A stretch of 57,200 bases of DNA from a virus (IMGVR_UViG_3300046804_002082:1-57200), one strand, 5' to 3'. Shown: positions 21,101 to 29,646, numbered from the stretch's first letter. Numbers and translations: made by a program. The notes: generated from the sequence alone by a model not told the origin.

Positions 21101-24100
21101 TCGATGAAAATGGCGGTCAAACTTTCCCAAAACAAGCAGAACCTTCTGATGTAAAATCATCTCTTGGAGATATTGGTCAAGCGGCTAGAGAAGAGCATAA
21201 GCGTCGTACAGAAAAGACTGCTAAACAAAGAGTTGCTGAGATATACAATAATGTATTTGAAAGAAATGAGGAGGCTAGACAAGCATTTAAGAAAGCAGAT
21301 ATGCCTTTCTCTATGTACTCTATGTATCTAAAGGCTGGCGCTAGTCCATTTGCAATGAAGAAGTTTGCTGATGCATACTTTAATATCTATGGCGGGTTAA
21401 ATGAGAAGCAGATACATAACTTGGATAGCGTTATTTTCTTAGAACGTGTAATCGCTATTGATGAGAACTTTGATAATCGTGGCAAGAAAAGACCTGCTCA
21501 CCCAGATATTATAGAAAACAATGGTACAAGAAGGGTAGTTAATCGCGAATCAGCAATCGCTGAATTGGATGCTTACGAAAAAGCTTTTGGCAAAGAATAT
21601 GTTGACGATTTACGCGCAAGAGCAAAAGAATACTTCAATACTTTTTCAGAGATATTGAAATACAAGTATGACAATGGATTAATTAGCAAAGAGACGTATG
21701 AGCTTTACAAAGACTATAATTATTCTCCTCGTAAATTCATAGAGCATATTGTTGATGTAAATGGAGTGCCAGTAAATGCTTATATAAATAGAGGCATCAA
21801 ACTAGGGGCAGAAGAGATTAAGAACATTACTACTGGTAGCACAGACTTGATGTTAATTAATTCTGCTGACCTATTAAAGATGGCAATGATTTCTGCTGAG
21901 AATAGAGTATTCACTAATCGTGCGCTTAAATTTATCTTTGAAGAGGGTGTAACTCGTAACAATAATATTGTTAAGGATGCTAAGGTTGTTAAATTAAAAG
22001 ACGGAACAATTAAGCTAGACAAAGATGGAGTTCCAGTTGTAAAGCAAAAAGCGGATGAAGGATTTGTATATAAAACTTATCGTGATAATAATGGTAAGGC
22101 TTATACATTCCAAATGAGAAGCGACATTGCTAAGCAGTTTGATGATTCTGACATATCTAATAATAAAGAAACATACAAAAAAATATTAGCTTGGGTTTCT
22201 GGTGCGCCTATCTTGAGAAACTTAGCGGTAACATTAAACCCATTCTTTGGATTAGTCAACCCTATTATTGACTTAGGAACTCAAGTTATGTTTAGCAATA
22301 CATACAAGGGAGCTGGAAGGGGTTTATTAGCACAATCATTTGCAGCTACAAAAGAGTTTGTGAGCATTACCAATGCAATGATAGGTATGGATTTATCTGC
22401 TTCAAAAGTTGGTAAAAAATTTGGTCTTTCAGAATCTGCTAAGCAAGGAGAGATTCGTCAACTTATGGAAGAATATGGTGTGTATGGTGGATTTATGACG
22501 ACTCAAAGTGAGGTTGGGCAAGATGCGAATAAACTTGCATCGGCACTAAGTTACTATGGTAACGTGACCGAGATTGCGGCTAAGTTATCTGCATACAAGT
22601 TCTTGAAACAGACGATGTTAAATGATTTTGCTAAAGAGAATATTGACCCAGCTACTGGTGAATCTATCGAGCCTAATGAGAAGCAAATGAGAGATATTAT
22701 GATTTCTGCTGCTTATCACGCAAGAGCAACACTTGATTACAATCGTGGAGGAAAATGGGCTAAAGATATGAGTCAGTATATCCCATTCTTAAATGTAAGC
22801 TTACAGGTTAAAAAAGTCGGAGGTCAGTATATTGTTGATAACAAGGCAGATTTTATAAGAAAAATGGCTGATGGTATTTTTGTGACAGCGGCGATTACTT
22901 TAGCTAACTTATTGATTAGTGACGATGATTATGAAAAGGATAAGAGAATAAAGAGAGACAAGGTAGATAAGACTATTATTATGTTACCTTTCTTATTAGA
23001 AAATGGAGAAAGAGCGTATGTTGCCTTACCTACCCCTAGCTTTGCTAAAGTATTCTTTAATGCTGGACAAGTAATGGCTGAGCAGATTTACTATGATGCA
23101 GTTGGGAAAGTCAATCCAAATGAAGGAAGTTCGGTGTCTAAAATTATTGAGAATAACTTCAGTATGATGGCTCGTGAGATTAAGGGTACATTTATGCCTA
23201 AAACTATTCAGGCTACAATTTCCTACTTAGCCAACTATGATTTCTGGACTCAAGATAGATTGACAAAGGATGAAAGAATGGTTGCATCTCAACAAGGTTA
23301 TGGCAACGAAAATATTATGTCTTCTTTAAAGCTTATTGCTCAGGGATTAGATAAATTAACCGATAAGGAAGGCATTGGATACGGTGGTGGCGCATTTACA
23401 TTCTCTCCTGAGAAATTACAAAAATCAATGGAGGTAATTACTACATCTCCAACATATAATGGTCTTGCTAATACAGCATACTGGATGTTAGACAATTTAT
23501 TCCAAGCTGGGCATAAAGTAATGCTTGGCAAAGATATTGATGAGAAATTGAAATCTAAATTCAATACTCAGACCGTTATGGAAAATATTGCAGATACATT
23601 CGGGAAAGGATTTGGTAGACTTGTAAGATTTACAGACCCATCTAAGTACAACTTGCCAGACTTTGATGCTAATCAAGATTTAAAAGAAGAGATTAATTTA
23701 GTTGATGCGCGCCTTGATACTAAGAAGAGCATTATGTATAAAGACTTAATGAAAATCTACGATGATAGCAAGGAGCAAAAGAATGCTGGCGAGTTTATCA
23801 AGAAAGAAGTTGAGGCATATAGAGATAAGATTAAAGACCCTAGAGAGTATAACTACATAAATAGTCTTGGTCAGCTTTTGATTGACAGAACAAAAGTTCA
23901 ATTAGGAACAAATGTTGACAAGTATTATATGATTTCTACTGAGGCTAAGGACGCGCGCGCAAAAGCTTTTGCTATCTGGAAAAACTTTGGAGATATCAGA
24001 GGCAATGAGGCTTTGCTTAATGACCTTAAAAATATAGGAATTGACCAATCTGTTATTAACCAATATCGTGGAATCTTAATTCAAAATAATATGATTGAGG

Positions 24101-25215
24101 TTGATAAAGATAGAAAACCTATTTATGAAGAATGGTATAAGTCTATGATTAATGCTTTACCTAAAAAATCTCCTACACCTCCATTAAGTGCAGTTGGTAC
24201 ACCATCAAATGGAGTTTCAGTTAGCGCTGTAGCAAACACAATTAATGCATCTGAAAAAGTTTCAAGTGCAGTGGCTAATATCTTTAATGCGTTTGGCGAT
24301 GAAATTACTGGTGTAGGAGATAAGGTTGCAGATAAGATAAATGTTATCCATAAAGCAATTGAGGCTAATCCTATTTATCAGAATGTAAAAGAGGTTGCGG
24401 CTAATCCTGATTTAATCCTAGCGGCTATTCAGAGAGAGATTGACAAGAGAGATGAATCAGGAACTGTATCTAAAAAGATTGTTGTTCCAAAGCAGGTTAC
24501 GCCTGAGTTTTCACTAACAGGTGGTAAGCCAATAGTAGCGTCTGATACGGTTAATTTGGGAAATATGCGAGGCTCAAATTCTGAATACTTAGCAACTTCG
24601 TCTATCACAGACTTGAATAAAGTTAATGTTGGTGAGCGTAATCGTGGGGATTATAAAGAGGGACAAGGGAATATAATTGCAAACTTTTTAGCACCATTCA
24701 CTAAGCCAGAAAACTTGAACAACAATGATATGTATGTTGGAATTAAAGATGGCAAATTGGTAACAGGGAATGGCTCAAAAGTTAAGGATGCCCAATCGGT
24801 GACTAAAACTCCTTTTGCTCAAGTTGTTGAAATTACAGACGAGTTAATTAAAAACCAGTCTTATTTGTTTCCGAAATTAAAGACTTTAAAAGAAGGTCAG
24901 GAAAATAAGCTAAATATTTCAGCAACTAGAGAAGGCAAAGGTGATGCGAACAACAAATTTGCAGGTGGAGCAACTATTATTGAGACGCCCGATGGCTCAC
25001 AAAAATATTTAGTAAGAGGCAGTTTAGACCAAGTTAAATCAGCATTTAATGATTTAAAAAAGAATACTAATAGTCCTTATTTAAATATGTATATATTAGA
25101 TAATGGTTCATTCTCTACGGGATTATTTACGGGAGATAAAAAATCTACCGAAGAAGAATTGAAGGCTTACGAGTCAAAAAATATTAATGGAGGACACGGA
25201 ATTTATTTAAAATAA
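15139..25215 (+). CDS. Giant polyvalent internal virion protein (zincin metallopeptidase motif, WCT-motif domain, LRR/solenoid region, LPD38-like region)
   Basis: 3358 aa. LAHEIVH...EEFLA, KWCTG...GDFY, LxxV repeats, and ARATLDYNRGG...YIPFLNVSLQ. Confidence 0.75.
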   Translation: MSKQQTRIVDLSEFGGAPSKTEAPKIVDLSEFTQKKNLNETPNADTGLFGGMFSTAGGSDKNEISKKFFNAMSYAKGLFSSDDSPEVKQPLTYGQQPEGGFRAVSTAIKTFVPQTIASVSAVAGGVLENIINDAKDVADFYSGTSDYSIGNFFTNLEKQAKIADETVKQKGNTVSTALSLEHQGHDHLKSSESIAAPLYDLAAEAQKSADVLFDVSQKQWGIKEENRNKSIFDLTAEGDYKDAFKIAGLGVARSMPQSIALAMTGGSAGVFAGAGISAGGAELAKEYSQTGDITGEDAFRAIGYGVGEGLSEMLFQGDLMAIKSLGKSIFNLTDDAVKASVKTLVKEEGKQVAKEKIARSFLDGGISKMLKGGLEEGVEEIAATVSNFAVDRILDGNISGADYNKLMKDAVDSFVIGAMSGGLMSGSAALATHNPLSKEQQQRVDKFMEVANNEELSQEVRDMAKSKADEIIKYDADRHYAEYTQLANLPLQDRIKAVAISNEIKTLEENKKEIKDVETISEIDKKIEEKSQEVKDIIDNHTLNLADEVINSNEAIDGKVAFSNETQLNVNPDTGYVFHFDSPNEVPAELKKIEPISSGVIAGRDKSVFRVAYTGQDLINAGLATQASEITPEQVSQASADVETTANTVQEILDKAPDTLGNIPSMFQEQEGKTIAQQIAEEYQKAKQDNSNPELVSQVESAITNSLTAPTMAAQPVIAPKPKRKRNVQTLRGMKPTEGVELTDNIVNDFTGVLGKMSRGTKQVLQNYVKALKSVRPEAKVFYYEDAVAMEKGLKNSGFSPSKAKSLASSSGGLFTTVNDGGEVIIHVNRQADLSKKGQDAGQQSNLILAHEIVHATLLELARTNPSEFKNMRDSLLTMLAKDEAANEEVKAFVERYSNQSEEVQAEEFLAQLGALLTRQKATLQRSTLDKIKLAIRQFLQKVAGKFRSKALMDLVDSEVFAETAKIEDTAQFLEGLGKSLREGTDINMKYIKNLVKGSKEYQAGLRYSVIENAPSIPQGMDANTLMDNDMVVEPENVKQSVDEGNWTDNAENRKRMTKYMSTIKGMTEDDIWLAKAIAYNENKGVKLYTLKDKESVIAALENQLNNIVQSLDNEIVGQYEFANEGTLWESNGGYLFTGWKPEYIANRIILFKNDLNTNEVLRWTEIRDNENYHKQEVGVIREMQKNALLANIKEFNGHNDFDPAFSYMLINSMIYNKYQVANEETGEIKVFKYKQNQLSSTDATYASLQYSVAKALYDSEKSRNSADEIGIQYQKTYMNMDKLNVQNSKFAKYIDKKSSTGEGYWLKFPKGDNPEVAYDLFEIAKTSHKYPAKWCTGSSDSTAASQLRGGDFYMFVDSKTGDARIAVKYNNDSIGEVRGLGEGQAILAKDSGIIEEISDTFKDGKSYESYSKTLNDTKKIAKEFFTKEEFETFQEKNTSGDSLLGNSNNFIKYIGDNFSVDDIARILIEEDRSYNQSDYFLQNIQGEINSYLKLILENKGESPYAIVHNFFTSPSNLGTINDVKYVIDYLSIDEDVNFENLIYAKNIGINDGELTANKLKTVNNLQIENGALYSKSLEIASDIDAREGDIIVPNLKKVSDLKIGLFGNGINDFSSLEQASRISININSNNVKFDFPKLISANRISFKGGTEIASKSEINLPSIDGKIKTLTLSGYNGSDVNVNINKNVVTEIENIIISDSIENELSINAQRADIREINVYEGQLNINLEDGANIKLIDGTGTVAINNVTENENFTTDIKTASLHKSAKLIFGENQTVSMDEVEMRNDSSIDGKVNFINTLRIYNPSITTLSVGQIEKLKVNAGMLMLRDNKYIDLLNINGATASISSERIGVAEGFSSQLLASNLQSVDGLLFQLNETSELFLPNLIKVNNRLTLSGKANSSKINLSKLNEATQLDIYDDKFELLSLKNAKIITLKSGTLEARQLQSTSIVTLEDGSDLYAPQLKNGYKLQSLYGEFNPNENNNRIFDENGGQTFPKQAEPSDVKSSLGDIGQAAREEHKRRTEKTAKQRVAEIYNNVFERNEEARQAFKKADMPFSMYSMYLKAGASPFAMKKFADAYFNIYGGLNEKQIHNLDSVIFLERVIAIDENFDNRGKKRPAHPDIIENNGTRRVVNRESAIAELDAYEKAFGKEYVDDLRARAKEYFNTFSEILKYKYDNGLISKETYELYKDYNYSPRKFIEHIVDVNGVPVNAYINRGIKLGAEEIKNITTGSTDLMLINSADLLKMAMISAENRVFTNRALKFIFEEGVTRNNNIVKDAKVVKLKDGTIKLDKDGVPVVKQKADEGFVYKTYRDNNGKAYTFQMRSDIAKQFDDSDISNNKETYKKILAWVSGAPILRNLAVTLNPFFGLVNPIIDLGTQVMFSNTYKGAGRGLLAQSFAATKEFVSITNAMIGMDLSASKVGKKFGLSESAKQGEIRQLMEEYGVYGGFMTTQSEVGQDANKLASALSYYGNVTEIAAKLSAYKFLKQTMLNDFAKENIDPATGESIEPNEKQMRDIMISAAYHARATLDYNRGGKWAKDMSQYIPFLNVSLQVKKVGGQYIVDNKADFIRKMADGIFVTAAITLANLLISDDDYEKDKRIKRDKVDKTIIMLPFLLENGERAYVALPTPSFAKVFFNAGQVMAEQIYYDAVGKVNPNEGSSVSKIIENNFSMMAREIKGTFMPKTIQATISYLANYDFWTQDRLTKDERMVASQQGYGNENIMSSLKLIAQGLDKLTDKEGIGYGGGAFTFSPEKLQKSMEVITTSPTYNGLANTAYWMLDNLFQAGHKVMLGKDIDEKLKSKFNTQTVMENIADTFGKGFGRLVRFTDPSKYNLPDFDANQDLKEEINLVDARLDTKKSIMYKDLMKIYDDSKEQKNAGEFIKKEVEAYRDKIKDPREYNYINSLGQLLIDRTKVQLGTNVDKYYMISTEAKDARAKAFAIWKNFGDIRGNEALLNDLKNIGIDQSVINQYRGILIQNNMIEVDKDRKPIYEEWYKSMINALPKKSPTPPLSAVGTPSNGVSVSAVANTINASEKVSSAVANIFNAFGDEITGVGDKVADKINVIHKAIEANPIYQNVKEVAANPDLILAAIQREIDKRDESGTVSKKIVVPKQVTPEFSLTGGKPIVASDTVNLGNMRGSNSEYLATSSITDLNKVNVGERNRGDYKEGQGNIIANFLAPFTKPENLNNNDMYVGIKDGKLVTGNGSKVKDAQSVTKTPFAQVVEITDELIKNQSYLFPKLKTLKEGQENKLNISATREGKGDANNKFAGGATIIETPDGSQKYLVRGSLDQVKSAFNDLKKNTNSPYLNMYILDNGSFSTGLFTGDKKSTEEELKAYESKNINGGHGIYLK

Positions 25216-25216
25216 G

Positions 25217-25363
25217 ATGATAAAGAAAACTAAAGGAGGCTACAAGTTAGTCTCCAAAACAACTGGCAAAAATCTTGGTACAGCTAAGAGCTTAGAAGGT
25301 ATCAAGAAAAGAGAAAAACAAGTAAATTATTTTAAGTATCTTGCATCAAAAAAGAAGAAGTAA
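25217..25363 (+). CDS. 48-aa basic peptide
   Basis: Hand-translated MIKKTKGGYKLVSKTTGKNLGT...KKKK*. Fills the intergenic gap exactly. Confidence 0.7.
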   Translation: MIKKTKGGYKLVSKTTGKNLGTAKSLEGIKKREKQVNYFKYLASKKKK

Positions 25364-25364
25364 A

Positions 25365-25829
25365 ATGGCAAACTTATATGAACTACAAAAGGGTGCAGCG
25401 GTTAAGCAAGCTTTTGGCAAACTAATGGATTATTCACAACCTGCTAGCGAAGCTGGCGAAATGGAATCCCCACAAGAAGAGTTATTATGTGAGATGCTAG
25501 AAGCGTCTGCACAAGCTAAAGTATTCCACTGGCAAACAAGTTCTTTCGCAGAACACGAAGCTATGGGTGAATTTTACGATGACTTCAATGACTTGATGGA
25601 TAAGTTCATCGAAGCGTATCAAGGATGTTATGGTCGCATTATGTTAGGTTGCGATATGGAGGTTAAACCATACACTATGGATGCACCTATTGCTTTTTTA
25701 ACTTCTTTCAAAGAGTATATTTCAACGGGAGCTAGAATGATGGTAATTGGCAATACTGCTTTATCTAATATTCTAGATGAAATTAACGGATTAGTAGAGC
25801 AAACTTTATATCGTTTAACTTTCAAATAA
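25365..25829 (+). CDS. Ferritin/Dps-like protein (DUF5856-like)
   Basis: FHWQT....H.A.GEFYD.....D.FIE.YQG four-helix ferritin pattern and C-terminal LYRL. Confidence 0.75.
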   Translation: MANLYELQKGAAVKQAFGKLMDYSQPASEAGEMESPQEELLCEMLEASAQAKVFHWQTSSFAEHEAMGEFYDDFNDLMDKFIEAYQGCYGRIMLGCDMEVKPYTMDAPIAFLTSFKEYISTGARMMVIGNTALSNILDEINGLVEQTLYRLTFK

Positions 25830-25830
25830 T

Positions 25831-25977
25831 ATGAAGAATGGGTTATACGCTAATATTCACGCTAAGCGGAAACGAATTGAAGCTGGTTCTGGAGAAAAAA
25901 TGAGAAAGGTAGGGGCAAAAGGCGCTCCTACCGCTAAGCAGTTTAAACAAGCGGCTAAGACAGCCAAAAAGAAATAA
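25831..25977 (+). CDS. 48-aa basic peptide
   Basis: Hand-translated MKNGLYANIHAKRKRIEAGSGEKMRKVGAKGAPTAKQFKQAAKTAKKK, a type I recall from aquatic podoviruses. Confidence 0.75.
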   Translation: MKNGLYANIHAKRKRIEAGSGEKMRKVGAKGAPTAKQFKQAAKTAKKK

Positions 25978-26291
25978 TGTTCTCAAGAGACGCAATAAAA
26001 GCAAAATTAGAGCGTTATGGTTTATCGGGAGTGAATAAACCTAAACGTGAAACACATAACGGCAAATCTCACGTCGTACTAGCAAAAGAAGGCGACAAGG
26101 TTAAACTAATTCGTTTTGGTCAAGCAGGTGTTAAAACTAATCAAACCGTTGGTCAACGTGAGGCATTCAAATCTCGCCACGCAAAGAACATTGCAAAGGG
26201 TAAGATGTCAGCAGCTTATTGGGCAAACAAAGTAAAATGGAGTCCAAGTAAGACGGCATCGTCATCTAAAAAGTGGGTTAAAGGCTCATAG
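25977..26291 (+). CDS. Basic phage protein of unknown function
   Basis: KSHVVLAK..KLIRFGQ...FKSRH...SAAYWA motif. TAATG-coupled. Confidence 0.75.
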   Translation: MFSRDAIKAKLERYGLSGVNKPKRETHNGKSHVVLAKEGDKVKLIRFGQAGVKTNQTVGQREAFKSRHAKNIAKGKMSAAYWANKVKWSPSKTASSSKKWVKGS

Positions 26292-26296
26292 TTGAT

Positions 26297-26761
26297 TTGG
26301 CTTATTCTCAAGTAAGATATTGTCAGGTTTGTGGTAAAGAAATGACCTATGCCACAAAGTACGAGTTCAATAGAGCGGCTAAAAAGAAAAGTAATTGTAG
26401 AACTTGTGCTTACAAAGATGCTGTTGGCAAAAAGAAGTATCAGGATATACCAAAAGGGTGGTTTGATGCAAAGCGGAGGCGTGCATTAGAGAGAGATAAA
26501 GAATGGGATATCACAATAGAATATCTTTGGAAAGTTTATTTAAGACAGGGAAAGGTTTGCGCATTATCAGGTCTACCATTGGACTTTGACGCAGATAGCG
26601 ATAATGGAACTGTGTCGATTGACAGGATTAAAAATGACAAGGGGTACGTTAAGCGTAATATCCAATTAATCCACAAAGATTTAAACTTTATGAAATACGT
26701 CTACGACCAGAAATACTTCATAAAAATGTGTAAATTAGTAGCTGAAAAGCATAAAAGTTGA
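26297..26761 (+). CDS. Zn-ribbon plus HNH/His-Me-finger-like endonuclease
   Basis: CxxC...CxxC N-terminus, then CALSG...SIDRIKNDKGYVKRNIQLI..DLN.MK. Start uncertain (TTG). Confidence 0.7.
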   Translation: MAYSQVRYCQVCGKEMTYATKYEFNRAAKKKSNCRTCAYKDAVGKKKYQDIPKGWFDAKRRRALERDKEWDITIEYLWKVYLRQGKVCALSGLPLDFDADSDNGTVSIDRIKNDKGYVKRNIQLIHKDLNFMKYVYDQKYFIKMCKLVAEKHKS

Positions 26762-26766
26762 TAGTG

Positions 26767-27036
26767 ATGAAAAAGACAGCAAGATATTACGCAGCAAATC
26801 CAGAGGCTAAGGCTAAGAAAGACGCATACAATAAAGAGTTTAACAAGAAGCCTGAGCAACGTGCTAAGCGTGCGGAACTTGTCAAGGTTAATCGTGAGAG
26901 AGGAACTTATGGTAATGGCGACGGCAAAGATGCTTCTCATACAAAGAAAGGTATCGTAATGAAAAAAGCCTCCGTTAATAGAGGCTCTAAATCAGATTCG
27001 GCAGGAGATAAGCGTGCAAGGGGTGGCAAAAAATAG
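26767..27036 (+). CDS. Small basic protein with degenerate HNH-like segment
   Basis: GDGKDASHTKKG...ASVNRG. Lys/Arg-rich. Confidence 0.6.
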   Translation: MKKTARYYAANPEAKAKKDAYNKEFNKKPEQRAKRAELVKVNRERGTYGNGDGKDASHTKKGIVMKKASVNRGSKSDSAGDKRARGGKK

Positions 27037-27564
27037 CTACCCTTTTAAATCCTCTTCATACAATACTTTCTTATTAAGTTCTGCTTTTCTTGGCGGACGA
27101 TATAAATCAATAACATCTACTGCTTTTGTAATATAAGCCTGAAATACGGAGCTTTGCACCATAATAACAAGGGCAATAGTTTCATTCTCAGATGGCGAAT
27201 TTACTAGCGAATCGTTAGGTTGAAATACCCAAGAGTTTCCATAAGTAGGTGAATCAATACAAGATTTCACGTGAAGCGGAACTGATTCGTTTACATATAA
27301 ATCAGCGTCATAAGATTTCTGCTTTGCCTCGTAAATCATAATGTCTGGCGCAGTGCATTTTCTATCTATGCTTAATAGGTAATTATACACGGCAAACTCA
27401 GCCATCTTACCAAAGTATATATCAGACTTTACCTTCTCTTCATTTGTTTGATTTCGGCTTGCATACATATCCTTGTTGGTGTAAAATACCTCATTAGAAA
27501 ATAATGCACAAAGTTTTTCTTGATACAAACTAGGTGCGACGAGGTTTATTTTTTTCAATTGCAT
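27037..27564 (-). CDS. Putative PD-(D/E)xK-family nuclease
   Basis: GKMAEFAV...YDADL...HVKS motif order. Confidence 0.55.
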   Translation of the reverse strand: MQLKKINLVAPSLYQEKLCALFSNEVFYTNKDMYASRNQTNEEKVKSDIYFGKMAEFAVYNYLLSIDRKCTAPDIMIYEAKQKSYDADLYVNESVPLHVKSCIDSPTYGNSWVFQPNDSLVNSPSENETIALVIMVQSSVFQAYITKAVDVIDLYRPPRKAELNKKVLYEEDLKG

Positions 27565-27925
27565 ACGAAATGATTTCTAATTTTAGGATGTAATGTTTCT
27601 TACCCATTGTTTCGTCGGGTTCGATTGTGACTCCCTTACAATACTTTTTGGTATCGTCTACTATGTAGTGATTCTTTTTCATCGTGTCCTCCGCAATTTT
27701 CATCATAGGGATAGTATTTGTCGGGTCTAGGCGACTATTATATCGTAGATGAAGTTTATACTTATCTATCTGTTTTAATCGCTTAGGTAGCAACTTTAAG
27801 AATAGGGTAGACCAGAACTCTTTCTCCTTGTTCCTAAAATGCCAATGACGTGAAGCGTACCATTTGTTCAATGATATATCCACGTCTTTCCATTCTAGAA
27901 TAATTTCTCCTAGTGGTTCACTCAT
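27530..27925 (-). CDS. RusA-like Holliday junction resolvase
   Basis: SLNKWY...LDPTN...K..ED......IVDD motif. Start probably MSEPL. Confidence 0.7.
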   Translation of the reverse strand: MSEPLGEIILEWKDVDISLNKWYASRHWHFRNKEKEFWSTLFLKLLPKRLKQIDKYKLHLRYNSRLDPTNTIPMMKIAEDTMKKNHYIVDDTKKYCKGVTIEPDETMGKKHYILKLEIISYAIEKNKPRRT

Positions 27926-28103
27926 AAGTTTTAAGTCTTTGCCATTCATCACGAACATCTAGCCAATACGCTTTATCGTCAAATCTTTCGAACTTAAATT
28001 TTGCACAAATCTGATTCAAAAAGTAATCGACGATAAAGGTATCTTGGCTAAACTGCATCAAGAATGCGGCTTGCTCTTGAGGTGTAAATTTATTGGGTTT
28101 CAT
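27918..28103 (-). CDS. Hypothetical protein
   Basis: ORF track entry, coupled to its neighbours. YWLDVRDE motif. Confidence 0.6.
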   Translation of the reverse strand: MKPNKFTPQEQAAFLMQFSQDTFIVDYFLNQICAKFKFERFDDKAYWLDVRDEWQRLKTYE

Positions 28104-28333
28104 TAGCTGAGAAGGATATCCTCGTCATCAACACTAACAATTACCGTAAGAGTTGCACGATGCCCTGATACATTTAAGGAATCAACCATCTTTTTAATTA
28201 ATCCTAGACCGACGTTTTGTCTATCGTTTTCTAGATTAGATACTTGTTGGATGGAATTGAATCCAGCTACTTTGGCAAATTTAGATTGAGATAAGCCTAA
28301 CTTGCTTCTCAATTCTTTTACTATGTTTCTCAT
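28103..28333 (-). CDS. XRE-family helix-turn-helix regulator
   Basis: VKELRSKLGLSQSKFAKVAG....VSNLEN. Confidence 0.85.
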   Translation of the reverse strand: MRNIVKELRSKLGLSQSKFAKVAGFNSIQQVSNLENDRQNVGLGLIKKMVDSLNVSGHRATLTVIVSVDDEDILLS

Positions 28334-28334
28334 A

Positions 28335-28451
28335 TTATCTATAATATTGTTCGAACTTCTTTTTTGACTCTTCTTTTTGTTTCTGATAGTAGGCTTTTAA
28401 CTCTCTGTCGATTGTTGCAACCCATTCATTAAAGTTTGGTTTCGGTTTCAT
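28335..28451 (-). CDS. 38-aa hypothetical peptide
   Basis: Hand-translated MKPKPNFNEWVATIDRELKAYY..., fills the gap between genes. Confidence 0.5.
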   Translation of the reverse strand: MKPKPNFNEWVATIDRELKAYYQKQKEESKKKFEQYYR

Positions 28452-28452
28452 A

Positions 28453-28923
28453 TTATTCTACTGAGCTTCTGATTGTTTCTGAACTTGATTTAGATGGAGG
28501 GTAATGCGTTACAGCCTCTCCTGTCTCTTCGTCAACTGATGTCATTGGCGACTTCAATGATTTAAGGAATGTCTCAATGTCTTTCAGCCTTGCAGCTTCT
28601 TCGTCTGCGCGTTTCTTTTGTTCTACCCAAATCTTTGATTCTGAATAGTCATACTTAACGCCCGATGCAACGACTTTGATATCAGTTCCTAATGCGCGAC
28701 TCTCACGCTTATCGCAAAACTCTAACTCTTTGATAACGTAAGGCTTTAAACCTTCTTTCATTGAATTAACTAGCACTCCGTATTTCTCGCAGATTGCCCA
28801 ATCTCTAAGCACATCTCCTCCGTTGAAAGCTATATCCTCGATATACTTGTCAACCATTCCTGTTATACCTTCTTTGGTAGAAAGTACAACAGGATTTTCT
28901 TTTATTAAGGTTAACTCTTGCAT
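28453..28923 (-). CDS. Hypothetical protein in recombination module
   Basis: ORF with GVKYDYS and VDEETGE motifs. Start MQELTL directly after the upstream stop. Confidence 0.65.
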   Translation of the reverse strand: MQELTLIKENPVVLSTKEGITGMVDKYIEDIAFNGGDVLRDWAICEKYGVLVNSMKEGLKPYVIKELEFCDKRESRALGTDIKVVASGVKYDYSESKIWVEQKKRADEEAARLKDIETFLKSLKSPMTSVDEETGEAVTHYPPSKSSSETIRSSVE

Positions 28924-28924
28924 A

Positions 28925-29620
28925 TTAGAAAGGTAGGTCACTTGTATCAGGTGCTTCTTCAAACTTAGGTTGTGCAACCTCTTCTGCGTGAACTAATTCA
29001 GGCGCATCAACTTTATTGTCACGACTTTTCATATAGGAAACTAATTCAGCGTAAGCAGTTTCCGCCTTTGCATTTACATCATCAGCAATAGCTTTGCCTA
29101 GTGTAAACACAGGTTGCGTGTACTTTGTAGCGCCTTTCTTCTTGTCTTCTACTGACAGAATCTCTACGCTATTAGATATAAACTGCTTGCGATTCTTTTC
29201 AACAAAGTCATACCAAGCTGAGAACGATGAGCCTGATAGTTTCAAGCAAACTAACTCTCCGTTTAATAATGCGTAAACAGACATTGCAAACTTAGCACCT
29301 GCGGTAGCCAATGTAGGCTTAATGTCTCCATAGATACCCTTAGCAATTAATAATCCCTTAGAGGTCTTAACCGTAAGTTCTTGTGTCTTTAAGTTAATAG
29401 TAGCTAACTCATTAGAATAGATACCTGATTTAGTTGGCTCGTGGTATCCACTAATTGTAGCCATTTCTTTTAATACAACAAAGTTCATAGGCATCTTGAT
29501 GTACTCATCCTTAGATGTTTCCTTGTTGTAATGTTTGAACGTGCGTTCTGCTGAATCCCATTGTAAATATTTAGCAACTGGCGACTTAGCACTTGATGAA
29601 AATTCGTCTGCTCTTGACAT
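28925..29620 (-). CDS. Putative ssDNA-binding protein
   Basis: Beta-rich core with acidic tail ending DLPF, as in SSB-type proteins. Strong AACCAAACCAAAC leader. Confidence 0.6.
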   Translation of the reverse strand: MSRADEFSSSAKSPVAKYLQWDSAERTFKHYNKETSKDEYIKMPMNFVVLKEMATISGYHEPTKSGIYSNELATINLKTQELTVKTSKGLLIAKGIYGDIKPTLATAGAKFAMSVYALLNGELVCLKLSGSSFSAWYDFVEKNRKQFISNSVEILSVEDKKKGATKYTQPVFTLGKAIADDVNAKAETAYAELVSYMKSRDNKVDAPELVHAEEVAQPKFEEAPDTSDLPF

Positions 29621-29646
29621 AATTTTTGTTTGGTTTGGTTTTAAAA

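Noticed and set aside
545-24000. Short antisense and alternate-frame ORFs nested in the structural genes (also those within 46592-56379)
   Set aside because: They are shadow frames of long, well-supported genes and have no motifs or expression signals.
15139-25215. Giant protein as a crAss- or N4-type virion RNA polymerase
   Set aside because: I found no DFDxD catalytic motif or single-subunit polymerase motifs, and host-type promoters occur throughout.
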